Below, piece by piece: positions 26,830 to 40,153 of a stretch of DNA of 64,000 nucleotides. Positions within the stretch are counted from its first letter, which is position 1. Every line of letters begins with the position of its first letter. The translations under genes were made by a program, and so were the position numbers. The notes beneath the pieces are model-generated. The model did no database searches, had not been told where the DNA came from, and saw only the letters and a program-made list of their open reading frames with translations. The DNA comes from Octopus vulgaris (lineage: Eukaryota), in the NCBI GenBank assembly GCA_951406725.2, contig OX597823.1, forward strand, positions 110,608,001-110,672,000, read 5' to 3'.

Positions 26830-27330
26830 TTAATAATCGATTGTGTAAGAGAGATATTGTGGTATAATCCTCCTTGTGCAATACACTTAATCATTCAAAT
26901 ATTAAAAGTATTTTCCATGGTGTTGGAACACAATTTCCCAACTTCTTGTAATTATATGAAGACTTTCAATAAGCACACTATTAAAATTTCTTACTCCACC
27001 ACACCTAACTTAACTGACAATATTGCTGCCATTAACCATAGAAAAGTGAAGTTGTTCCACATCAATGATAATGTAGGTTCATACAATAACTGAGTTTGTA
27101 ATTCTTTGTGTAAAACCTGTGCTATGACATGACTAAAGCTAACGACATATACCTGAAAATGTTGGTAATGGTGAGAAAAATAATGGTTTAATTCATTTAG
27201 TAGCCATAGCACCAACAATAATTGTACTAGCATCATTAGGAAAAAATATACATCCTCAAAATATATTTCTGATATAAGCAAATAGTGTAAATCTAGGAAG
27301 CATATCCAATATCCATTAGATAATAGATGT
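26830..27330 (+). mobile_element. Penelope-like element remnant (RT-to-GIY-YIG linker region)
   Basis: 'REILWYNPP...VLEHNFPTSCNYMKTFNKHTIKISYSTTPNLTDNIAAINHRK' matches the PLE linker pattern 'WYNPP...HFP.....K.FN..T+K+SYS...N....I..HN'. Confidence 0.75.
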
Positions 27331-27334
27331 GTAA

Positions 27335-28363
27335 TTAAGAAATAATCATACGTGGACAAATCAGGGGACCAAGGAGGCTTAGGAATGTCAGCAAGCCTAG
27401 AAATGAGGTGGTCATCAAAGACAGGGCAAAGAACGTCCATTGATGCTCTGGCTGTGTGGGCCATTGCCCCATCCTGCTGAAACTACACATGTTGAATAAG
27501 CATCCATTTTTGTCATAATTCAGGCACAAAGAAATTGCTTATCATCTCGATGTAACACTTGGAGTTCACAGTAACAGCATTTCCATTATTGTCTCCGAAA
27601 ATGTAAGAACTAATGGTGGCAGCTTTTCCAACAGCACACCAGAAGATCTCTTTTGGGCTGTGCAGTAGTCTTTCATGCAGTTCTCTCAGATTTTCAAGAG
27701 CTCTATTACAACAGTTCTGTTGATTCACCAAGCTATTGAGATGAAAATGGGCTTCATCACTCATTAACAAAATGAGGTTGTCATTAACCTCAAAAATTGC
27801 TTCCATCTGACATGCAAAGTTAAGCTGCTGTGCATAGTCCCATGGTTTCAACTGTTGCCCAATGACCAATTTGTACAGGTGGAAATGCAGGTCTTCATGC
27901 AAAATACATCTTGCTGATCGATTACCAATGCCAAGTTTAGTGGAATGCCTTTGAGCAGAACTATTCAGACTCCGTATCAAAACTTGTCAGATGTATTCCA
28001 TATTTTCCAGGGTCAATACCATTTGTGGCACCCTCACCAGTCTCCTGTTCCTTAGTGTAGCTCATGTACGAAGTGCATTCACCCAACGTACGAGTGGGAA
28101 CTGCCTGATTTCCAGGAACGTTGAAGCGGTGCCAAAACTCAGTTTGAACTGCTGTGACAGACTTGTTATTCTTCATGTAACTACCATAGGCAGATACGAT
28201 ATACTCTATGATCCACAACTCCGTAGCTTCCCCTGAAAACTAAAAAAAGGAAATGCTAAGACACCACAGACCAAATGGTACCTGTTAGACATATGCCCCC
28301 ACCCCCACCGCCGGGGCTGAGTAATAGCCATTTCAAAATCTTCTGTCCTCTCTGCCCCACCCT
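27335..28363 (-). mobile_element. Tc1/mariner transposase pseudogene, DD41D (rosa-type), 3'-truncated
   Basis: 'LMSDEAHFHLNSLVNQQN...LHSPK..WCA' and 'QQDGAMAHTARASMDVL...PPWSPDLSTYDYFL', with 41 residues between the 2nd and 3rd D (counted by hand). TA-TAGGGTGG.. terminus near 28363. Confidence 0.88.
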
Positions 28364-28721
28364 ATATGTACCAACTATACCATTGATACATACATGAATT
28401 TACAGGGTACTGTTTAATTTTGCATGAAGTGCTGTACAGACTAGTTGAAAGAACCGGAATATTTGCTTTATGTCCCCTTAACTTAGCATTCCAGAAATAA
28501 GAGATCGATAGAAGTGCCAAATTTAAAAATAAGTACTGGAGTCCCCTTGCCTGACTAAGACCCTCAACAAGGCAGTACCCCAGATATTCACATTTATTAG
28601 TTTACGTATTGCATATAACAGCTGGCATCTTGCATTTTTCATTCTGTCTTCTGTCTATATATACACGTGTTCGTGTCGTGTGATGTAGCGTAGTGTGGTG
28701 TGCGAGTGCGTGCGTGCGTGC

Positions 28722-28752
<31 letters not shown>

Positions 28753-30052
28753 ATAAATGAGTTATTGTCCAACAGTTGGCTTCGACACTTTCTGTGTAAT
28801 TATATCATAGGTACACCAAGCATCGTGCATATAAGGAAATTTTTCATGGTGCTTACAGAAAGAAATAAAGTTAATCGATAAGTGTTGTTTTTTTAGAAAT
28901 GTAACTAAGATATTTTATGAAGTTGAAAGGATTTTACACAGGCAAATTATTAATAAGAGAGCTCAAAAATATAAGAGCACTAGTCCACAGATATACAGTT
29001 TATGAACATTAAGTGGCTATGGCCTTATCAGAGATGTTTAAAATTGATGAAAGATTAGCGATATTATCAAAATGCTAAACATTCATTTTGATAATAGTTA
29101 ATCTGAAATCCAACTGGAAATACAGGCTAATCCATCCTGTGTAATCTGAAATCGTATTAATCAGTATAGTAAATACCTAACAAGATTAATATTAATATTA
29201 GAACAGCCCCTAACATCCAGGAGTGATTTTAGAATAAGTTTGAAAAAATCATTTAAAATCACTTAAACATAATTTGACTACTTTAACATAATATAAAATA
29301 GTTTGTACTTTCTCTATTTCTGCAGTTTTCAGAGCACTAAAGTTTATAGGCTTACATTTTAATGTAATCCTTTCTACTCAAGGTGCAAGGCCTGAAATTT
29401 GAGGGGGTGATCGGGATAGTCGAGTTCATCGGTCCTAGAGAGTAACTTGTACTTATTTTCATTGATTCCAAAATTAATCAAACTATATTTCGTTTTTGGA
29501 TTTGGTTTGCAAGATTCTTTATATGAGTTCGTGTGTTGAAGGATATTGAAAAGGCTGCAAGACACAACGAAAATTTTAGGAAAATAAAAACAAAATAAGA
29601 AAAAAGTGGAAATTTTACCGGTGTGTGTGTTATATAAGGCACAAAAAGAAAAGGACTCTCCCCAGACATGACAGAATAAATCAAACTAGCTAGCTAGATA
29701 TCCTATAACTATTTGTATTTATAAATTATTTTTTATTATTATTATAGTTTTGATTAAATCACATCTCTTTTCCTAACATCGAATCTGTCATACACAGGAA
29801 TTTAAATCCTTCAGTTGAAAATTTGAATTACCTCTTCTGCATCTCACAAAAATATCCATAATATACCAAGCTTTTCCAATAACTGTCACTTTATTTCGTA
29901 TCACAGAAAAGATGTTCTCAAAAGCATGATGAGCGTTTTTATTAACTGTGATACAAACGCATGAAGCTATAAAGAAAAATGACTGTTCAGTGTTGTTGAG
30001 GACAAACTTCCTTGTTAAATAAACCATCATATGAAACTGATTTTATATTAAA

Positions 30053-30439
30053 CTAGCAGTATCGCCCGGCGTTGCTTGGGTTTGTAAGGGAAATAACTAT
30101 ATAAGCATTTTTAGAGAGTTATAGCCAAAAAATGCATTAAAAATGGAAAAAAAATGATGGTAATTTTTTTTAAAAGTCGTTGACTCATCGTAGACATTTT
30201 TAGAGAGTTACATCTCTTATATAATAGCGAAAAAATGCATTAAAATCGAAAAAAATGATGGTAAATTTTTTTTTAAATCGTAGACTCATCGTAGACGCGC
30301 GCTAATACCCAGATGGGCTCGATATGAATCACGACTATAAGATACCCGGTTTTGGTTAAACTGCACCGCAAAATGTGGGAGTAGTTAGGAATCTAAATCG
30401 TAGGAGACAGACACACAACTTGACTTTTATATATAAAGA
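30053..30439 (-). mobile_element. Non-autonomous Helitron
   Basis: On the minus strand: 5' TC, 3' hairpin plus CTAG, inserted between A and T. Internal ~100-bp duplication. Homologous to 11100-11608. Confidence 0.85.
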
Positions 30440-30786
30440 TTTTACTCATCTCTCAGTATGGATTTTCATCATAATGCCCACTTATTTTTAAAATTGCATG
30501 AAAATAATAATCTTGATCATGAACATATGCACCTACACACAGATTTTAAGCGAATTTATGTTAAGCTTTTGGGACCCAAGGAAACATGCTGATGTAAAGC
30601 AATATTCGTTTAACTCCAATTCAAATTACAAATGATGTAAATGGTTTCTGATTTCTGTAAGCAAGGAACTTTTGGCTTCCAGAAATTAACATAAATTATA
30701 TCAAAAGGAAGCATTTATCCATTTTCACAGTGTTGTATATTCATGCTTCCAGTACCTTAATAACATGCATATACGTGTATACGTGG

Positions 30787-31197
30787 AGGCGCAGGAGTGG
30801 CTGTGTGGTAAGTAGCTTGCTTACCAACCATGTGGTTCTGGGTTCAGTCCCACTGCATGGCACCTTGGGCAAGCGCCTTCTACTATAGCCTCGGGTCGAC
30901 CAAAGCCTTGTAAGTGTATTTGGTAGATGGAAACTGAAAGAAGCCCGTCGTATATATATATATATATATATGTGTGTATGTGTGTGTGTATGTGTTTGTG
31001 TGTCTGTGTTTGTCCCCCCAACATCGATTGACAACCGATGCTGGTGTGTTTACATCCCCGTAACTTAGCAGTTCAGCAAAAGAGATTGAAAGAATAAGTA
31101 CTAGGCTTACAAAGAATAAGTCCTGGGGTCGAGTTGCTCCACTAAAGGCGGTGCTCCAGCATGGCCGTAGTCTAATGAATGAAGCAAGTAAAAGAGT
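30787..31197 (+). mobile_element. SINE family A
   Basis: Full-length copy. Confidence 0.9.
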
Positions 31198-31869
31198 ATA
31201 CGTGCATGAGTGCACAGTTCTGTGCAGTGTATGCATGCATGTGCATGCAATTTCTATGTGATGAATGACGACAGAGCAGCCCCTCACTCTTCCCTGTATC
31301 CTGTTAATTGGGCAACTAGAAATAACATTCACCCCTCTCATATTCCCTGTACCATACTGCTTGTGCGATGAGAAATGATGTAGGATTTCTTCTTATTCCC
31401 TCTGCTTACCACCATTCTTAATATTACCTCATTTGCTCATCACATGGTCTATGTATAAAAAGTAGCACCACATCCCTCTGTACCAAATACACTCTACTAC
31501 CAATTTGTACTACTAGTCATCATTTGGTTTTCCCGATCACTTATTGACATTATTTTATTGTTTCCTACGTCTACCGATATTAATTACTATCTCTTTCCTA
31601 TTACGACTCTCAGAAACCAATAACTATTTCTATCATCCTAATTTCCTTTTCTTCGTCCACTAATTCTAGTCATTTTCTCTATCATCTCTCTGTCAGCCTC
31701 TCTGTCTATTTCCATCACTCTCTTGCAACCCCCCCCTCTTTCTTTCTCTTTGTCATGGCTATTCTCTGTTGTTCATGTTGCCCTGTGTGAACGAACACAT
31801 TATAACGAGCTAAATATTTTAACATTTTACAGGGTAGAAGTCAAACCTACAACTGTAGGTGCCATCGTA

Positions 31870-32525
31870 AAATATACCGAGGCAATGGCTAGTGACCGGG
31901 ACTTCTGGAAATATGCTGTGCTGCAGAAGACTCGGCAAGCGCAAGTGTGACCATAACCTTGTGGCTTATGCTAAGGGTGTAACCAGTCCACTTATGTGAG
32001 CCTTTTCTTCATTGGACACTAAACTCTGCTTGTGAAGACCAGTTGAGGCAAATGAAATTGAAATCGAAATCAATCTTGGTGACTGGCATCCGTTGCTAGT
32101 GGAGCGCTAAGAGTACCATACGAGTGAGATCGTTGCTAGAGCAACAAGCTGGCCTTCGTGCCAATGGCACGTTAAGCACACCATTCAAGTGTGATCATTA
32201 TTGCGTCGCCTTACTAGCACTTGTGCTGGTGGCTCGTGAAACATTTGAGCGAGGTCGTCCCCAGTACTGCTGAACTGGCTCCTGTGCAGCTGGCACGTAA
32301 AAAGCACCATTTGGGTGTGGCCGTTGCCTGTACCACCAAACTGGCCCCCGTGCCAGTGGCACGTAAAAGCACCCACTACATTCTCTGAGTGGTTGGCGTT
32401 AGGAAGGGCATCCAACTGCAGAAACTCTGCCAGATCAGATTGGAGTCTGGTTCGCCAGACCTCAATCAAATCGTCCAACCCATGCTAGTATGAAAAGTGA
32501 ACGTTAAATGATGATGATGATGATG
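31870..32525 (+). mobile_element. RTEX-like LINE 3' end (ORF end, 3'UTR, (ATG)n tail)
   Basis: 'MASDRDFWKYAVLQKTRQAQV*', then 'ggcacgtaaaaagcacc' repeats and an (ATG)n tail. Confidence 0.75.
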
Positions 32526-32908
32526 ATAGTAAGTAGTAAGCAAAGGAATGGAGACAACATAGTGTCAAAAGATCCGACTTGTTAAAGGCATATCTAGTGC
32601 TGATGGCAATAAAATACATCCTCTGCACATTATAATGTAGTTAGTGCAAAGAAGGGTATGCAATCATAGCGATTAGGCTAAAAGAGGAAAATATGACCAT
32701 AGTAGTGTCTTCGAAATCATCTGGAAATGTAGTAACTATAAGCAAGAGATGATTTCGATCTTGACAACATGTCCAGTTCCTACCAGCATAGACAGCAGAT
32801 TTAAAATGATAATGATGGTGATGACACGTACATGCATGTGTACGTGCACGATTGTGTGTATGTGTGTGTGTTATCATCTTCACGTTAGCATTCATTTCCA
32901 TGTGTGTA

Positions 32909-33210
32909 TGTGGAGGCACATGGCCTTGTGGTTAGAGCAGCGAGCTCACGGTCAAGGGATCGCGGATTCGAATCTCAGACTGGGCGATGTGTGTGTTTAT
33001 GAGCGAAACACCTAAGCTCCACACGGCTCCGGCAGAAGGTAATGGCGAAACTTCTGCTGACTCTTTCGCCACAACTTTCTCTCCCTCTTTTCCTCCTGCA
33101 TCTTGCAGCTCACCTGTGACGGACCAGCGTCCCGTCCAGTTGAGGAACCTATACACCATGGTAACCGGGAAACCGGCCCTATGAGCCAGGTGTGGCTCGA
33201 GAAGGAACAA
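32909..33210 (+). mobile_element. SINE family B (tail type 2)
   Basis: Plus-strand copy with tRNA-like head. Confidence 0.88.
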
Positions 33211-33475
33211 ATATGTGTATATGGGCTGCTGGCCTGGTCATCTGCATCACAATACGTTGCTATTTGTCCCAGTGCTGTGTCATCCTCATAAGGCTTAGGC
33301 ACCTAAGGTCAGCTTTCATCACAACGTCCTCACAATCTCCTTAGCATTCATCTTCTACATATTGCTTGGAGTACCTGGATCCCTTTTTTACTCACTGTCA
33401 TCACACTTCCAAAGCAGTGTAGCTCCCTTTTTCCCTAATGCCCATCTCATTCCTCTCATACCCATTTTATCTCTC

Positions 33476-33476
33476 T

Positions 33477-33556
<80 letters not shown>

Positions 33557-33645
33557 CTATGTATGTAGGTAGGTAGGTGGGTAGGTAGGTAGGTTGGTAG
33601 GTAGGTAGGTAGGTAGGTAGGTAGGTAGGTAGGTAAATAGATAGA
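33476..33645. repeat. (ATAG)n/(GTAG)n tetranucleotide microsatellite
   Basis: Direct reading. Confidence 0.95.
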
Positions 33646-33647
33646 TA

Positions 33648-34873
33648 CGAGGCTGAACTGAAAATTTCATATGCTGACTACGAAGGAGTGATGCAAGAGA
33701 TGTGAAATCTTGTATGCATTAATTTCAAAACTCTTCTTTTAAATAATTGCACTGATTCTTTCCAACTGAACAGACATTTGACTGTTCAAAGAAGACTTCA
33801 AAAGTAACTTCTAGTAACTTCTCTTCAAAATGGACAAAATTTGTCTTGGCATCATGGTGGAATCAAGTACCTGCAGAAAAGGGGTTTAGTCCCAAGGACA
33901 TTCATGCTGACATGGTTGTTCCAGCTTTAGGAACAATGCAAAAGTGGGCAGCTGAATTTAAGAAGAGAAGAGTTTTGAAGATGATCCAAAGTCTGGGTGT
34001 CCTGCAACTGTCACCACTGATGAAAACGTTGATCCTGTTTACCACATAGTGATGGATGACAGGCGATTGACCATAAATCAAATAGCCAATGCTCTTAGCG
34101 TATCCCAAAGAGAGTTGATAATATTCTGCACAATGGTCTCGGCATGACAAAGGTTTCTTCTGACAGCTGATCAAAAGCACAACAGCTGTTCACATCACGG
34201 GAAAATCTGGCATTGTTTGAGGCAGATCCAGCTGGTTTCCTTGAACATCTCTTAACCCAAGATGAGTGTTGGGTTAGTCCCTTTGAGCCTGAGACAAAGA
34301 GACAATCCATGCAGCGGAGACACCTCCAAAGAAGGCCGGAGTTGTCTCAGTTGCAGGGAAAGTGATGGCCTCAGCATTGTGTTTATCGACTATCTTCAAA
34401 AGGGTCACAGCATCAAAGGAGAGAGTACTATGTCAATTTGCTGAGACAGTTATGAAAGGCTATTATGACCAAACGCTCAAGAAAAGGGATGAAAGGAGCT
34501 TGTTTTATCAGGACAATTCTCCAGGACAGAAGCCATTGATTTTAATGACTGCTGTGCATGACTGTGGCTTTGAAAAGGTTGACTATCCTCTCCTATTCTC
34601 CTGATTCGACCCCATCTGATTATCATCTGATCCTCAACATGAACAAAGCACTAAACTGGGGATTAGTATCGCAGAGATGATGATGTCATATCTGCTGTTG
34701 ATAATTTTTTTATCAACGCAACGAAAGCTTCTTCACCAATGGGATCCAAGCACTGCAACATCAATGGAAGAAAGGAATAGACAGTATTAGGGACTCTGTT
34801 GAAAATGAACCTCATTTGGTCGCATTCCATGAGAGTAGTTTGGTCAGCCTATGAACTTTTCAGCTGACTCTCA
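33648..34873 (+). mobile_element. Full-length decayed mariner element (DD34D-type)
   Basis: ~30-bp imperfect TIRs flanked by TA. Fragments 'IHADMV..TMQKWAAEFK', 'DDRRLTINQIA', 'TQDECWV..FEPETKRQSMQ', 'IDYLQKG', 'YQDNSP', 'PSDYHL'. Multiple frameshifts. Confidence 0.9.
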
Positions 34874-35415
34874 TAGACCGACAGACAGACAGACAAACAG
34901 CTAGATAGATGGATAGATAAATAACTTGGAAGGTATCCTGAAAAGCATATTGATGAATGAGTAAATAGATTGATGTACAAAAAGTAAATAAGTAATGTAA
35001 CAGATACATAAGATAGAATGGGAAAGAGAGGAGAAAGACTGGAAAAAAAAGAGTGTCAGAGACAAACTAGTGAGATAGATTGCTAATATATAGTTAAACA
35101 TATAAACGAATAATGGAAGTATTGAAAAGTTTATCAACAATGAACATTGTGATATCAAATATGTTTCTATCTTTATACAAGTGAAACACTGATATTTAAA
35201 CACATATATTCCCCAATCTTGTTGAATGATTATCTTTATAAGATAAAGCTATTAATCATTTTCTGTGACTTGCTGCTTTTGTCTGGATCTGAAAATTATT
35301 TTAATTTACTATTCGTTCAGACATTTTTATATTAACTGACCATTTCCTCTCAGCTCATCTCTTTCTGCTTTTTTTTTCTTTTTCTTTTTCTTTTCAGTCT
35401 CAGATACGTCATACA

Positions 35416-35454
<39 letters not shown>

Positions 35455-35935
35455 ACTTCATATATGCACATGAATACAAATATAAACAAACTGTCCTCAG
35501 ATGTTCAAACGCACACACACAAATATACATACACAGATAATTGTATACATATATAAATATGTATGTGTATGCATGTATATATTTGTGTGTCCCCACAACC
35601 CCCCACTCTACCCCAACCCCCAGCCGAACCCACACCCCACATGGGCTTTCCCTACCTCCCACCACACTATACTACACTACACCATACGACATTACACATC
35701 ACATCATACATACATACACACGTCCAGACCTTTCATACGCACATATATACTCTCTCATACACACACGCACCCTTATGTTGGGGCGAGGTCATTTAACCTT
35801 GTTATCTCCCCTACTATCCCTCTTCGTCTAACGTCTGATCTCTGACTTCTGGCCGAAATCAGACCGCCATGTTAAATCGTTAGCTCCTGCACGCATTTTG
35901 TTCTCACGTTTCTCTCCATGTTTCTTTTCTGTGTA

Positions 35936-35973
35936 TCTTTCTGTTGAAGAGCGTAGGCTCGAAACATAAAAGA
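35936..35973 (+). ncRNA. Degenerate minimal hammerhead (core variant CUGUUGA)
   Basis: UCUUU-CUGUUGA-A GAGC GUAG GCUC-GAAAC AUA-AAAGA. Stems I and II are intact, but A6 is U and stem III is minimal. Confidence 0.5.
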
Positions 35974-36151
35974 CTTGTTTTATTTCTATTCCTGAGCGCC
36001 ATACTAATACAATTGTCTTTTTGTACTCCACCTGCCTTCGTCTTTTGTTTATTTTCGTAAGCTTCCCGTTATATATATATATATATATCAGACAAAATGA
36101 GATAACAAAGCCAAGGCTGTGAGGAGTTTTCAGGACATTTATAAGGAAATA

Positions 36152-36199
36152 GTCTTACAGCTGTTTCTGGGATACTATAGATATCCCTTCATCAGAGAC
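36152..36199 (-). ncRNA. Type I hammerhead ribozyme
   Basis: GUCU-CUGAUGA-A GGGAUA UCUAUAG UAUCCC A-GAAAC AGCU GUA-AGAC; palindromic stem III ACAGCUGU. Confidence 0.88.
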
Positions 36200-36501
36200 G
36201 ATGCGAGATGGTTGAATGGAGGCAAATATTTGAGTTTGAAATCAGGAATTATTATGGAAAAGGAGGAGATAGGGAATATAGAGGGGAAATAAGAGATGAA
36301 AGTAGAAATAAAATATATAAAGCTATTGTAGTAGCAGTTCCATTACTCAAGGAAAGTGGTGAATAGAAGTGGCAAAAAGTTTCCTGTACATGGTATGTAA
36401 GCTCCAATAGTAGTTCATGTTTAGTCATTTCAAAGTATGGAGCTGTGGATTCTGTGTTACTCATTTGAAAGGGTCTTGTGGGGGAAGGGGAGATGTGTAT
36501 G

Positions 36502-37084
36502 ATTAGAATGAGGAGATAGGTCAAAATGAAAACAGGAAGAGAAACTGAGAGGAAGAAAAAGAGAGAAAAGAGTGAAAAAGGTGAAGAAACGATGAAAGAA
36601 GTGAGAAAAGGAGTGTTAGTTAGTGGTCAAGATATGTGAGGGGAGGATGGGGGAGGAATATGAAGAGATGATAAGGTAAAGAGTGAATAAGTGTGCAATA
36701 TGTGAGTAGTGGTGATATGAAAGAGCTGCTTTAAAATATGGGTAGAGAAAATGTATGCGTGAGAGTGATACCGAAGTGAGTAATAGTTTTAGTAGTAAAA
36801 TTTAAAGTGGAGGTACTAATACAACAATGTCAGATTTCTATAAATAAATATATAGAAATTTGACATTATCGTACTCCTACCACTATTTTAAATTTTACTA
36901 CTAAACTCCTCTATCATCCTCCACTCACATTACCTTAACCACCAACTAACACTCCTTTTCTCACATATTTCACCCTTTCTTCAATTTTTGACTCTTTTCA
37001 TTTTTTTCTATTTTTTTCTTTTCTATCTTTCTTCCTCTCATTTTCTCTTCCGGTTTTCATTTTGACCTATCTCCTCATTCTAAT
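36502..37084. repeat. Imperfect fold-back palindrome centred near 36847, within the HHR-bearing element ~36090-37085
   Basis: attagaatgaggagataggtcaaaatgaaaac versus gttttcattttgacctatctcctcattctaat; also tagtagtaaaatttaaa versus tttaaattttactacta. Confidence 0.8.
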
Positions 37085-37125
37085 ACAATGACCCATATTT
37101 AACTCCTCACTTGTATCACAATCAA

Positions 37126-37176
<51 letters not shown>

Positions 37177-37184
37177 CATACATA

Positions 37185-37223
<39 letters not shown>

Positions 37224-37224
37224 A

Positions 37225-37310
<86 letters not shown>

Positions 37311-37413
37311 TATCAGGATATTTATCCTATATATTTATCCTATCAGGTGGTGCTATTAAGTTAGACATGGCCTGGACCAATCTCTGGTCGAAACATATCT
37401 AAGTTTTATCTAA

Positions 37414-37459
<46 letters not shown>

Positions 37460-37562
37460 AAATATTATAAAATATTATTAGAGACAAAACCACTATTTTG
37501 CAAAACAAACAAGGAAAGACTTAATCAATACATAAAATTTTAATAAATAGTCAAAAAAACCG

Positions 37563-37605
37563 CCACTACAATTGTTTCTTGTCTTGATCGACAATCTTCA
37601 GGTGG
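37563..37605 (-). ncRNA. Type I hammerhead ribozyme
   Basis: CCAC-CUGAAGA-UUGUC GAUCAA GACAA-GAAAC AAUU GUA-GUGG; palindromic ACAAUUGU. Confidence 0.9.
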
Positions 37606-38209
37606 ACTTCCAATCTAAAATATCAATATTTTAAAATATAAAATAATAATTTTAAAATAATTAAAGTATTAATGAAAAAATATAAATATATAATCCATAT
37701 ATAACCTATATATAATCCATATATAATCAATATATAAACAATATATAAACTAAAATAAACCTATCAACAATTAAATATAAAATATAAAATATAAAATATA
37801 AAATATAAAACAAAACAAAAAAATAATAATAATATAATAATAAACTATATATACACCCATACACATATAACTAATTATATATAACCATATCTAACTACAT
37901 ACACTAAATCACACACCTATATATATATCCCTATACATACACATAAAACCGTCTAGGCAACTATAAATAAATAAAATAGCTAAATACTTCAACACAATAC
38001 TTATTCATACTCCCACACACACACATACAACCCACATTCACGCTCTAGAAACGGACATCACTTAAAATTATGAACGGAGAAATGGAATAAATGGAATTAA
38101 AAATTATATTCACTTGGTAAAACGAACATTACTTAAAAATTATGAATGAAACAATGCAATAAAACAACATACATCGCAAATAGACACAAATTACTACGAA
38201 TTCCTTAAC

Positions 38210-38650
38210 AAACCTACCATGATAAACCAAAACTCATAAAAACATATAATGATAAAATCTCCCTTTACTAAACTCTATAAGATACCTATATAGCAATCCC
38301 CCTAACCTAAACATTCACACACAAATACACACACGTAAACCACACACCCACGACATATACAAATACCCACACCACTTACACATACCTATACATACATATA
38401 AACCTCAACATATACTCCAAAAACCCACTCAAACCCACACAGACAAATAAACACAAAAATTATGAATGGATTCTTTTATAAAACTACCATGATAAGCTAA
38501 AACTCACAAAAACATAAATGATAAAACCTCCCTTTACTAAACACTATAACATACTAATATAGCAATCCCTATAACCTATACATTCACACACAAATACACA
38601 CACGTAAACCACACACCCATAACAAATACAAACACCCACCCCATTCACAC
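38210..38650. repeat. Diverged direct duplication (~170-bp unit, ~270-bp spacing)
   Basis: 'ctaccatgataa...aaaactca.aaaaca...cacgtaaaccacacaccca' at ~38210 and ~38480. Confidence 0.75.
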
Positions 38651-38974
38651 ACACCCATAATGTATATATACATATATATATATATATGTATGTATGTATG
38701 TATAGTTATGGAATATTCCGTTAAGAACATAGTAGAGCACAGTATAAAGATCGTCCACCTTCAGATTTACCCTTTGCTATCCAGTAGTAGTATTACACGT
38801 ACATCCAGGTTTACATTTGCGCATCTGTCACATACATATAGGGTAAATCTAGCGTTCTTGTATCATTTCCTCACCTTATGATAGAGAGTATTTCTACTGT
38901 GTTTCAGTTGAGAGTATCATTCAAACGGAAATGGATATCACCACTGTAAAGTCAATTTCGCTCGGGAAGAAATT

Positions 38975-39005
<31 letters not shown>

Positions 39006-39267
39006 ACACATCGAAAGAATTAATGTATAAACATCAAAGACTAAATCCTCGGTAATAAAGAGTTCAATTAATAAAGTGTCATTAAAGTCTGGCAGGTTAT
39101 TACATTGCAGTGACTACAACAAGTCTCACTGATTACAAACATATATAACTAGTTGAAAGGGTCATTAAGTGCAACATACTTTGCAGGAAAGTACGCTTTC
39201 CTGCTATATGTGTGCATGCACACACACACACACATACATACATACATATATACATACATACATATAA

Positions 39268-39300
<33 letters not shown>

Positions 39301-39908
39301 AGTGGAGGTTCCATATACGACAGTCCCTGCGATTCACACACGCAAAATCGGAGTAGCAAATAAACGAAAACAATCTCTTACCGTTAATGAACATGTTTCT
39401 AGATCACAAGCTAGAAATTGCTTGATTTCCTTCGTCAACATCATATTTGATACTATGTACTGAACTTTACAGAAGTTCCTGACGCTGAATTTGTCATATT
39501 TACATACCGAAATTTACCGGTAAATAATTATTGTTGGTTGTATGAAAAACCACTGCAAAAATTACTTACCAATTTTATTGTATTACCATGTGGATTTCCT
39601 ATTCCATTGCGATCACCCAGGCGGCGGGCATAGCAGAATTTTGGAGGGAAAATTTACGATTCCAGTCATTACTTAGTTTTAACATCTGCACACCTCCCCC
39701 CACTATCTGATGGTGCTTGGTCAAAAATGAGGGCTGATGGCATTTGGTAAGTCTATCGAATATGATGTTGACGAAGGAAATCAAGCAATTTCGAGCTTGT
39801 GATCTAGAAACATGTTCATCATTAACGGTAAGAGATTGTTTTCGTTTATTTGCTACTCCGATTTTGCATGTGTGAATCGCAGGGACTGTCGTATATGGAA
39901 CCTCCACT
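39301..39908. mobile_element. MITE with ~150-bp TIRs and TA flanks (Tc1/mariner-like non-autonomous element)
   Basis: AGTGGAGGTTCCATATACGACAGTCCC... versus ...GGGACTGTCGTATATGGAACCTCCACT. Confidence 0.9.
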
Positions 39909-40033
39909 TATAGAAAATGGAAAAAAACACTCTTTGACTGCCATTTCTAATTCCTTCGGTATGCGGCGAAGCAGCCTGTTGCTCGCCCTTTTTAATTATT
40001 TCTACTATATATATATATATGTATATATGTATA

Positions 40034-40120
<87 letters not shown>

Positions 40121-40153
40121 ATGCAAAATAAGCAACAAGGCTATCTAGAGGTA

